In this document: positions 52,448 to 64,000 of the stretch, piece after piece
Position numbering within the stretch: the first letter of the stretch is position 1
How the letters are laid out: each line of letters begins with the position of its first letter
Source: Catajapyx aquilonaris
Taxonomy: Eukaryota
DNA: 64,000 nt
NCBI GenBank assembly: GCA_000934665.2
Contig: KZ538180.1
Location: forward strand, 1-64,000
Reading direction: 5' to 3'
The notes under the pieces: generated by a model
What the model saw: the letters and a program-made list of their open reading frames with translations, nothing else
What the model was told of the DNA's origin: nothing
Databases searched by the model: none
Position numbers and translations under genes: made by a program

Positions 52448-55400
52448 GGTGTATAGTCTGAAACCAATACTATAAGGGAGTTGGGCAAACTGCAATTATT
52501 ACTTGGCCTTTTTCATTATCCCACCTCCAGGCAATGGTCACGACCGCTGCTAACCCGCAACACAAGGCGGTGTGCTTTTCGCTTCATCTGGAAAACGGGT
52601 AATATTCTGAGTTGCCTCGACCCCTAGTTTCCAGGGCCTATTATCTATAGTTGACCAGAGCACTAGAAACCAACTTGGTCGGTGTTTCTCCAGGGCGAGT
52701 GTTGCATTACGGCACTCTTGGGGGAAAAGCAAGCGAGAGGAGGCGCCCATTTAATTGGACACGTCGAATTTTGCCATTCCGCGGAAGGCAGGAGCTGCTG
52801 GCATTGAGAGGCCGGTTTGCTTCCAACTTGTATCGTTATTGTTTTAAACACTCGCAGAAAGTTGCATGCAGTTAATGTAACTCAAGGCTGCAAAACGTAG
52901 AGAGTAACGATTGGCCCTGCTTTCTACACAAGAATGGATTTTTTGCGTGTCCACACCAAAATTGAATTGAAATTAATTTCTGGCCTATAGCTGCAACTTC
53001 TTTGCCAGCAAATATTTAATAATTACGTGATTTAATTTAGCAATATCGTCCCGAATACATATTTGCCATATTTTATTCAAATATCATTACAGCACAGTTC
53101 CGTTCGGTTGCGGGACTTCAAAAAGTAAATAATTAATGAACCCAGGTATTGACGTCGCATAATTTGGCTTGCTAAAAAAAAATCCTGACGCTTTTTATAT
53201 CGCCCCCACTATTTCCAGCTATAGAGTTATGGGCAGTACCAAAACACGGCATTACCTCACCACTTCACAGGGTGTTATTTGACATGCTCTCCAAACGAGG
53301 CGTGGACTCAACCTTTTCAGTCGGTTTGGGAGGGTGAATAAATCCTGGACCCTGTTTCAGATACTTCCAAATCAGCCTGCTCGAACTATACGCCCCCGCG
53401 ATTTTTATTGCTGAGGGTTTTAAATAGGGACCAGGTCTAACCCCTCCCGTGGGCTTGATGCAGGGGTGGACCAAAACGCCCGTTGATTTCTGAGCTCCGA
53501 TCGCTTTTGTGGCGATGGCAAAAGGGGTGACAAGAGCTCAAACACGTGGGGACAATCCCCGATGACTGCTTTACGAGACGGCGGTTAGTTGTGCACCAAA
53601 CACCAGGCCCCATTTGCAGATAATTGACGTTCCAAAGCGGCCTCTACTCATTGCCACAGACTCTCCAAAAAAAAAGTTGAACGCTAAAAAAGAGGGTACA
53701 GCACGACGCAATTGACATTTTTTGAGGGGTGGTCTGCACGCCACTCCGCCATTTTGCTCGCCGAGAGTTAAAAAAAACTAGTAATGCGACCCTGCTTGAA
53801 TGGAACTATCCAGCACCACCCCTTGTGTATCTAATAACTAAGCTAACTCCCCCTCTCTTTTGTATGGAGTTTGTGTAGCTTCAACACAGATAAAGGTTCG
53901 GGTTGGACTGTCCGGGAACATTACAACGTGGCTTACAATGTAGGAAACGTGTTTTGCAGGACCGGTGAACAAGGCCGAGTTTCACGATTGAAAATGACAC
54001 CCCAACCAAAAAAAAGCACAAAAATGTGCTGTGTAGCGCCAGCGCTTGGTACGCCACAAAATGTGGTCGAAGTTAACAAAACCTCGGTGGTGTTGCAAAC
54101 TGTCTGCTTCAATTCATCAAAGTTTAATAATGGTTCGAAAACAAATAAATGCATAAACACAGGGCGGTTCATTGCTCTTGTACCCGCAGCTTAATAGGAA
54201 GAATCAATTGCACGTAATATCGAGAGATAGAGAAAAGCTGTACAAATGAAAACAAATTATTTTCGTAGGCATCATGTTTCATCAGTTGCTGAGGACGAGT
54301 ATATACTGTACACTGCATTCTAAGGTGATCAGTATTCATGATGAGACATGATTTATCTCCTTTTCCGTATCATCCTCCCACATAGTCGTAAAAAAGGTCC
54401 GTCCATCAGTCTCCAAATAGTATATGAGGACTATTGCCAATATTCCCTACATCCGATCGCCAAAATCCTCTTACTGGCTTTTTTCTGCTCATATCAGGCG
54501 ATATATTTCACGGTCATTAATTTCCATATCTGACCATTCCAACTGAAGGCAAACATTTCCCTCACGTCTGTTGCAAATGGCAGCATCAAAGTTATGGACC
54601 CGAGGATATATTCCGATTGAAAAGAGCCGGTGGGATATACCAAGTCGTATTAAACGCGGAAAGGTTTAATGAGCTGCTCCCAGCCCATCAATTGAATAAA
54701 AAAAGTTCTGAACCAGATTTTGGACAGGCTAGTAAAGAAAGGCGCGACCGCCAAAAATTTTTAACGGAAGATGAATGTGCATGTCGATACTCCCGGCCTG
54801 CAAAAAATTTGGCGAAAGTGTCCACGTCACCAAGTTGGCCTGTGTTTACACTACCTCATTGGCTGGCCGACCGTGTCACAGCCGCCCGATCTGTTTCCGC
54901 TCCAACAAAGTCCGTTAATGAAGGCTTGCTGCAGCAGAATGCTACCTGCTCCAGCAAACTTTCCACCTACATCTACCTAATTAACGGCCCAAGAGAGAGG
55001 ACACGGTCAAAGAGGCTGATGGCCATCACCGATTTTTTTGGGTGCGTATCCACTTGCTCCAGCCAATTTTACGCCTAAGCTTTGATTGGTAACGGAAAAT
55101 AATCACTAGAGACATTGATCGCAAAATCCGGTTTTTCCCGAGGGAAGTCAATATTGGAGGATAGTAAGGCTAAGTGGGGGCCATATTTTTTGGTGAATAT
55201 TTAAAAGCATGTCGATACAAAAATGTAAGGACGGACATGTTAATTTCTGAGTTGAGCAGCGGAGGAATAATCGGTTTTAATAATACATGGGGGCTCAGCC
55301 CTAGATACAGTCTCTCACCGGACGAAAAAAAAAAACAAGATGAAACCTAGTTAGTGTCGTGCAAAATTAACAGGTGAAAATTGCACGCTTCGCCTCACAC

Positions 55401-56748
55401 TGCACTCGAGTATATTGCTTTTCAATACGACAGGCAGCAGGTATGTTCGTATTATGTGCCCAGCGCCATGATTAATTCATGTTCTGAAGCCTAATGAAAT
55501 CTAGGCATCTCGCAACGTAACGTTATACGGTAGACTAAGGTGAAGCTCGGCGGGTGTATACAGAGCCATATGAGCCCGCAGGCCGCCTTTTCCACCGCCG
55601 GCGAAATTAATTTTACGGCTTAAAATGGTGTAATATCCCCCGCTCCGAAACTAGCCCCGCAGTTACTGCCACGCACTATTCTGATGGTTGAAAAATAGTA
55701 CTTTCGTTCAGCCAGTTGTTTAGTAGATTGCTACTCTCATTTCCCTCCCGCACTGGCCAAGTCGCTTCCAATTTGCAGGGTTGAAATCGCAATGGACTAA
55801 ACAACGTTTGCATTATTTAAAGTATGGAGAAAGCAGCAGTAAATAGCAATACAGCCAATTAATGTAATGAGCAATAATTAGTCGGCATAAACGTTAAGCT
55901 GGTTAAAAGGAGCTCCGTGATTTCTTCAGGCCTGCTTCCACAAAAAAAATGTCTGAAGCCGCACTAGGCCCCCCAAAAACCTTCTCCGGTTCCTAGTTCC
56001 CAATTAGTTGATTGCCTCTCGCGCTTTAACCCAAGCGAATGTAATAGCGTGTGCCCTGGTCCGAACCTCGGCTCGGGGGAAATGCCTCTGCGAATACCAA
56101 GTTTTGAGGGTCGGAAAAGTCCTTGTCTACCTCGTTTCCTACATACTAACACACGTTGCATACATCTTGCGCACTAATTAGAACCGAGTTTTCACGCCTT
56201 CGACCCACTCTCAGCCTCGATTAGGAGAAGGCGTTAATGGATATAACTGGACGGTCAAACTGCTGCACCTGGGCCTCGCAATTGATCGTCAAACAAGCAC
56301 TAACTTGGACGAGAGAAACACTCAATCAAAATGGAAGAGGCCATCAATTCATTATGAGGGTGTCCGAAAAAAAATGTGGTCGAAATTTACTTCATTACAT
56401 GAGGTTATACGAAACATTTAAATCACACTTATTAAAGTCAGTCGGTTTTGCTTAAAAAAAAGATTTTGCCTCGAATAATGAAAAGGTCCACTTAAAATAT
56501 ATTTAGAGAGGAGCAAGGAAGCTGAACCATGAATTTTTGGGTGGGCCAGTTATTCCCTTGAAAGACTCGGGCTTATATAACCCTCCGCTCCCCGGCCCTA
56601 TCCAATCGAAATTCAACCAATAATATTTTTCTTTCATCTCGGTGCGATGATCAGTCCTGGATCCCCAATTGGTTACTATGAGGGAGAGATCCCTCCCTGC
56701 TCACGAAAAGAAGTAAGAGGGGGGAAAAATGCCGATTCCGATCGCTGC

Positions 56749-56768
56749 GAGAGAGAGAGAGAGAGAGA
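56749..56768. repeat. (GA)n microsatellite
   Basis: Direct reading of a GA run. Confidence 0.9.
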
Positions 56769-59700
56769 AAAAAAAGGAGAGAGGAGAAATGTTCCGCTTA
56801 TGAGATTCTTCATTTCATTTATATTCCCATCTCATTAAGCTTTATTGCCGTGCAGAAGAGGCGGCGTGACGCCGGGCAATCTTCTTCAAATTTGCATCCG
56901 AAGACGGTCCTCCCTCTTTCACTGCCATCCTTTCCCTTCCAATTTCTTCCGGTCAAAATTAATTACCCGGTGCCTTTCCAATACTCCACCGGGGGCTGCC
57001 ACCACCAATAATCTCACTTGGCTTCAGGGGAGGGTAAGGTTTGGGTAAAGGATGGGGTAGTAAGTAGTAAGGAGAGTTTGAGCTTCTCACCACTTGCTAC
57101 TGGAATTCACCGCACTTCCCCCCACCCCACCCCACCCTATCCTTCGAATCCTTCGTGTTTGATTTCGGCCTTTAATAACAAGCTTTCCCCCTCGGTATGT
57201 TTGGTGCCGAAGGAGGAACTTCTTCATATTTGCAGATAATTAGAGGGGTGGCGAGTGGTAGGAAAGTGGAGGGGGCGAACTTCTTCCTGGATTCGCCCCT
57301 AACCTCTCCCCCGCCCCATGCCTTGGTTGTCAAGGGATCCCTCGGTAAACAGCAATTACCCAAGGCTTTGCCAATAGTGCTCTTTGATGAAGCGCCCCTT
57401 ATCCCACCGCAATATACGCACGGAATATTTTACTTCCGGGGTGGAGGGTAAACATCTGCTCTGCTTTTGGTCCATTATCGGTAGGATTATTCTCTTAGTT
57501 CAGGCGCAGCCATGTGCATGTGTACCTGTGGCATTGAAGAGCACGAAGATAATGTTGTTATGAAAATGTTAGGCTTAATCGCATTTTCTAAGCCCGGTTG
57601 TAATTATTAGCAGCGATACAAATGATGGAAATAAACGATTCCTGACATCAAGCACTATTGAAACGTTGGCCAAATATCTGAAATCTGTGCGGAATATTCC
57701 GCGGATAAGTGTGGATCAGCCAAATGTGGGTCAAAACTGTCCAGTGCAATAATTCTCAAAAGCACCGATGATTTTTCAAATAGCAATTTTACTCCGGAAC
57801 GAGCCGTATAATCGATGCTGTAAAAATTAGTTGCAATCCGTACGTACTCCAGTAGTCAATGTTAAAATAATGCTCGCATAACATCAAATCATCAGAAATC
57901 AAACAGTTACAACGTCTAGTTACTGGAAACTGCGCCCTAGTTTATACTGCCCTGTAATGAAGCCTTCATTTCTTGATTTATGCACTTGATCAGCCAGTAC
58001 TGTCTCTTGCGGTCATTTAAAAGTGGCATAAAAACCCATTGCAAGGTCCAATATCCTACCTCAAATTTCGCCAGCAAGGTTTTTCTTAGTTATTGCTCAG
58101 CTTGCAACATTTTCCAATGAGGGGCAGATAATTTCGGGCTGATAAAATCGATGACGCCCGTAAACCCAGGATTCCATATACTGCGACTATTATCAGGAAA
58201 ACCGGCCCGTAGAACAAGCTGCACGACCAAAAGTATAATTCTTTAGGAGGAAAAGATGGGCATTTTACGAGCACCCAGTAGGCTATTGGTCCAGATTTTT
58301 TTTTTCTTTTTTGCTTTTCTCTTTTTTTGTGTGTGTTGGCCAATGTCCAGATGGTCCAGGGGGAAAAGAACGGGGATTTCCCGGATGCAACCCATGTCGG
58401 GACTCCGGGTTTTCTCTGCTCCGGGCAGGTCATTAACGGCAAATGCCGATCGACCGCAGCGCAAATTGGAAATTCCACTTGCAGACATTTTGCGAAGAGC
58501 AAAGTCGTCCTCCCCACGCCCGTTTCCAGTCCACTGCTTTCAAAGAGCTTTTACACACGCAATTCTGGCGTCTATCCCTAGAACACTAACTGGCTTTTTT
58601 CCCCCTCTATATTCTCCAGAACGTCCTGAACTTAGTTGCCTTCAACCAACGATTAATGCGTTTAGTATTCTTTCACGCCAATTTCTTTGAGAAGGAGTTT
58701 AATTAATAGGGAGGATGTATTCATCGAGAAGTGAATGGAAACAATTGTAGTTGAGCTTCACAATGCTGAAATCCGCATTATTGCTTACTGACTATATAGT
58801 GACAGGAAGAGGAAATGGGGGATCTTCTTTCTCAACTGGCAAAGAACATTGTAGAATGGCAGTGCCAGGGTCTTCATCGCGCTCTGTTGAATCCGCCAGA
58901 ATGATTTCTGCGAAAGCGAGTTGCTGACTTTTGTTCCACGGACTCATTTTTTTGTGAACGCCAAGTTGTATATATGAAAGAATCGCACGTGAAATGCCAT
59001 CGTATATGACAAGTAAAGAGATTCAGCCCTTTGCTTCCGCCAATAATGAGCGCTAATTTTCAGGCAATCACACAAAGGAAGTGACCTCTCCTGGCCGCAA
59101 GCCTTGCGAGTTTGTAATTAGAACCAGTTTATGACCATCAAAAAAACGCAGGCCAGGAAGCAGTTTCGCCAATTAACCTGTCCCTTTGATTCGACTCGAC
59201 GGCTCTTTGTTCGCTCGACGCAAGACAGGTCAGCGACACGCGACCGACGCTTGTTCCGGGCAATATACAGGGTGGGACATAGTTCAAAGGCAAGTTCAGA
59301 AGCATAAAAACTGTTCCGTTCAGCAACAATATTTTTTGTAAAAAAAAAGAAACAGCTGGAAAAAATTATCAGGCTCCTGCAAGCTTCTGTATATAAGCTT
59401 GAAAAATAATTAGAGCTAATGGGTGAGAATGAACTAATTTATCCTTTTCAGGCAGACGCTGCACGAGAAGGGCTTCAAGATCACGTTGCAGCGTAAGACC
59501 CCCGCGAGTCAAAACACAGTTGCCACGATCGTTTCCATCTCAACCTCTCCAGGAAACGTCATTCGAGTCACGCCAATGCGCCACGCCAAGTGTACAGGCA
59601 AGCAGGCATATAAATATATGAATTTAAAGCACACCAGCACAAGTCAGAGAGTTTATTTAGGCCGGCACAAATTCGGGATTTGCTGCAGGCTGGGGTTAAT

Positions 59701-62700
59701 GTTCAGAATTTATGCAGGTAGCTGTACCGCAGGAGAGGTAAATTGAAGGCTGGAGTAATTACTCGACGTTCGTTTAAATAATTCGTTGGGGGTCTGTTTG
59801 CTGTTTGAATTTACTGCAGGTACAAGAACATACATGACCTACATGTTGTGTAATGATGATATTACAATGTGTGAGCAAGAGCTTCGTTGGACAAATGGAG
59901 TCCGGTGTTATTACTGCGCTTCCAGGGGTACCAGGTCATCGACACCACTCCGGCGTCCCACGGTTACCAGGTCAAGAGGCAGGCATCGACAGGGGAAAGA
60001 AAAACAGGTCGGATGAATACAAGAGACACGTTTTAGCCGGAATAAGCCCCAGTCGGTGGTGTCTGCCACCAAGTCCTCGCCTCGGGAGCCATTTCCGCCG
60101 TCCCAGAGAATCATTAAGGTCCTTCTTCTCCGATTTTTCCCCCCCTTTGCTGGCACCCCGCGGACTGGCGCCCCATTACGGCGTTTCCCACTTCCTCCGC
60201 CAGCAGTTTGCAGCCGACTTTCAATCACAGGGCCCGGATTTATAGTAGGCCAAAGCTCCCCCCCTCCATCCTCGTAATCTGGCCCCGAAGATTCCCCGGG
60301 ATGACGAGCTGCTGGCGAGAGAGAAAGAAGAAAAAGGAACCCCCCCTCAGGTTCATGTGAGAGCCAAAATCCGACCACCCCTCTCAAAAAAATGGGTCCC
60401 TGAGCTTTCCGAGAGACTTTGCCAGGTTGACGAGGGCTCGGGCCGGTGTCATGACCCACTGGGGACTCGTCCAGGTGTTAATTACCACCTGGTGCTTCTG
60501 CTTCCGAGGGGTCAGCAGGCAAACTCTTAAATGACCCTAGAAGCTGAGTTGCTCTCGGTGGGGAACTTAACTCGATTTGACACTGATGGGTCGGCAGCGG
60601 TAATTCGTGACGTTCTGGAGATGACGGTAATAGCCCCAGCCTACGATAGGAAACTGGCTCTACCCCCCCTCTACCGAAAATTGAGTTCCGACACTGCACG
60701 CGATAGGTACGTCTCCGCAGACTGTGAGAAAAGGAAGGGTAAAAAATTTATATATATCTAGAGTGCGAAATGAGGGCTGGAAGGAGAGCTCTAGAGGCGA
60801 TTCTCCTGGACAGGTAGAGAATGTATAGGGTGCAGCGTTTTCTAGCCCTGCTGGAATCCCACTTCCAGGCGGTAACGACGGAGCGATAGGCTAATTGCAG
60901 CACAACTTTGCCCAAATGGACGTGGAAGGGCCATTTGTAACGGGGCAGCAGTGCGAGCAGCGTTAGTGAAAAAGAAAGAAAAAAAACTTGTAGGAGAAAC
61001 GTACGTGCATACAGGCCTGGAACGCAAGCTTAAAACCCTACCTTTTGCTGGACACAACAGGGATTCGATTTATGGCCAGAATATAGAGTCGGGGAACAAT
61101 TAGGTTAATCTGTCAATGCAGTGCTGCGAGTACCTCATCCATGGAGGAATACATATTTTTTATGTGGACGTCGTTAGGGGGCAGAGACCGCAGGTACTCT
61201 GGGTTGTCAATCAGCCATTGGTCACAATTATTATGCTGCGGTACTTACAGTCACGGACGCGGACGGGAAACAATATGGTAATCCCTCTATTTTCCTATCG
61301 CATTAAAGAATTAATCTCTCATGAAGAGCTTCATACTTTACGGAACGATGGAGCGCCTAAATCAGATTATACTTGATGTAAGCCTCCCAACAATATTATT
61401 CCATCGTTTTAATTTTATCCCTACCTACCTCCCCTCCCCCTCCTCCTCTCTACTGTTGTCAAGTGTGGAATCCAATTATTGCGTCCTTCTCAAATCACAC
61501 GTTAAATGCACGCACTATGATGTAATCGGACTTAGCGGCGTGATCCAATGCTCAACTCGTTTGTACTTAGTTTCGGAAAATAATCCACTCTTTTTTACCA
61601 AGTCTGTGTCACACAATTCCGATTTCTCCTCTCGAGAATATTACATCTCGCTTGTTCACTGCCGGATTTTAAAAATTCTGTATAACGTTGGAACCTGCCT
61701 GCGACACAATATACCGATAGTTGGAAAACGTTCCGTTTCCTGAATAGTTTTGCAGTACTATAGGGATGTCTATACCAAGCTACATAATTAATATACTACT
61801 CTTTAGAGAATTATAATCTACTCTAGGTGAAGAAGTCACGTGTTGTTTGTTACAGACTCAGCTGCCTGTTTCCTTTTAAACTGATGGTTGCTGGAGTAAA
61901 TAAGAATCTTTACATTTTTCACTCCTTCCTTTCTCTGGAACTTTAGTCCTGGGATGGTAAAACCTATACACAGAGAAAGAGCATAATTTTTGGCCTTAGG
62001 GCAGCGGATGAAAGGCTCTTATTTTGACTGATCCTTGCATCGTTGCATTAATTCAGTCTCTTTATCTAACATTATGCACGGATTTTGCAGTGGAAAGTTA
62101 TTTCATGACTCAAAATCTCGAGGCTTGTGACAACAATGTTATAGTGCTTTTGCTAACGCTGCTTTAATAACACTTCCAAATTCTTGGGCTTTTCATCGCG
62201 CAAGACAGGTTAATTTCCTAAACAAATGAAGTTGGAAGAACTTTCGTTACGCACTTTAGGGGTAGTATTTCCCAGAGCTTTTCCACCCCTACACCCGTCC
62301 TCCCCAGCTTACTTAATTCCCAAGCTCTACATTTAAACCCACGATTTCCTCTCCTTGAAATTACTCTTCCAACTTCATCCAGCATGCACGCTCACAATCG
62401 CCATCCGGCCATTCCTTCCACTTCATCTGAGCTAAAATATTGCCAGTAAATGTGGGTGACTGACGAGCATGTCGAGACCTAGGAAGCAACGCGGATGTCT
62501 ACTGTCATAAGAACGGAACGAAAAGAAGGAAGGGAGCAATATATATAAGCCTTAATTCAATATTGGAGTAATAATCGTTTCCAAACTGGGGATCTTACTA
62601 TACCTTACATAAACCCATAAAAAGATAAGATGAATCGCACCCAGCGCCCACGATCAAGCGTGTAATTTTGCAAGCCATAATATGCATCAGTATAGTAGTT

Positions 62701-64000
62701 CGCTTGTAATTAGAATGTCAAGAGAGCACTGGATTATGCATGATAACCCACAAGCACGTTATTAGGCTTGATTGTACAAACAATTCACATTCACGGGATC
62801 GAGTTTTAATGGAGAACTCGCACACTCGCTAAAAATGAGTTATGGCCAACGTAACGAAAGCTTCGTGTTGAAGACATTTAAAAACATTGTTTCATTTTGT
62901 TTAATGTCTTCTCTGATGACTAAAAATAATCGCCTTCCCCCACTGCCATGTTATGAAAATCTGAAATGTGTTGTGGACCATCATGTGTGTCTCATTGCTT
63001 CATTTTAAATATACCATTACCACTTTGTGCATTGTAGGCCACCTGCCTACTTATGTGCGCATAATTGTAGCACATTGTGTTAATTATCCTACGTCTCATT
63101 TTCCAGGAATATTGCGGCAATTTTTGTTGTTATGCTGCGTACCTGTTACTAATCCAAAAAATATTGATCAATCCGCCTCACCTATAGCATAATATGCTTC
63201 GGTATAAACACTAGCGTACACAAAAGTTCCAGCACTCTCCTGTGTATAGTACAGTGTATTGGCTGTCAACAGTGCTGCACGCCATCCAATTTCCAATCAG
63301 AATTAATCCGCCATTTGTTAATTAATAAGGAATTAATTCCAGACTGAGGAATAACAATGAAGAATGGAGCGGAGTTGAACGCCCAATCGTGTTTGGAATA
63401 CACACCAGCAGCGAGCGGTCAAGATATTTAATCAAATTAATTCAGCTCCGAATCGAATCCGCATCAGCAGCCAACCCAACACATAATCACATTTGAAAGT
63501 GAGGGGTGGGGATGGGAGGGGAGGGAAAAACCCAAATGATATCGCGACTGCTGCCCGGCACGGTTGGTTAGCCTCGAGTCTACCATTCCTGCATATCAGG
63601 TGCCCGTATAATTTTCTGGAGGCTAGGCAAGTGCCAGTCTAACATGCTGCTAGCCTGGAATTTCCCCGGCCGAAATAGGCCTACCGCTTTTCCACAGCTT
63701 ATTTGCATTCCCACAGCAAGCCTTCGCCAGCTCCAAAACCATTTTCCCCGGGTTTCTGGAACCTCCCTCGAGGGAACTCAGACAGCCCAGGATTAGGACT
63801 GCCAGCACTGATCATTCGCATCACACATCTCATCTCTTATCTCCCAGGATGGACAGACAGGCCGATAAGCCACTGAAACCACCTCAAATTGTTTTTTTCG
63901 CCGAAGAAAAAAAGAGGTGAGAAAATACCTTGTGGGCTTACATTACTTGTGACTTTCAGATGGTATTGTCTGCGGATCCTGTATTTTATAGATCCAATAA

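Noticed and set aside
56095..56112. TACCAAGTTTTGAGG resembling the nematode SL1 leader
   Set aside because: Imperfect partial match without the GGTTTAAT 5' part or a recognisable Sm site.
59911..60459. Longest ORF in the track (182 aa, minus strand)
   Set aside because: Non-ATG start, GC-rich sequence open in several frames, no recognisable domain.

Overview
Eukaryotic, probably animal (invertebrate-like, inferred from the repeat types), largely non-coding DNA with microsatellites, homopolymer tracts and one 14-N assembly gap. None of the supplied ORFs resembles a protein family I recognise, and I see no rRNA, intact tRNA, CRISPR array or known miRNA. The window reads as a large intron or intergenic tract; a few weak exon candidates are listed only as findings. 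The well-supported content is short mobile elements, mostly in the first 12 kb: two tRNA-derived SINEs with intact 16-18 bp target-site duplications (TSDs), three copies of a DINE-1/HINE-like non-autonomous Helentron, a TTAA-flanked fold-back MITE nested in one of them, a PIF/Harbinger-type MITE and two tiny CAGGGTGAGTCA-ended elements. Two minisatellites, a CRE-like motif cluster and several isolated palindromes lie further on. The most interesting signal is the SINE pair: they have diverged in sequence yet keep four equivalent stems, three of them with compensatory changes, and both inserted at an AATATTG target. This suggests a structured SINE family mobilised by a site-preferring LINE. Novelty cannot be established without database searches.
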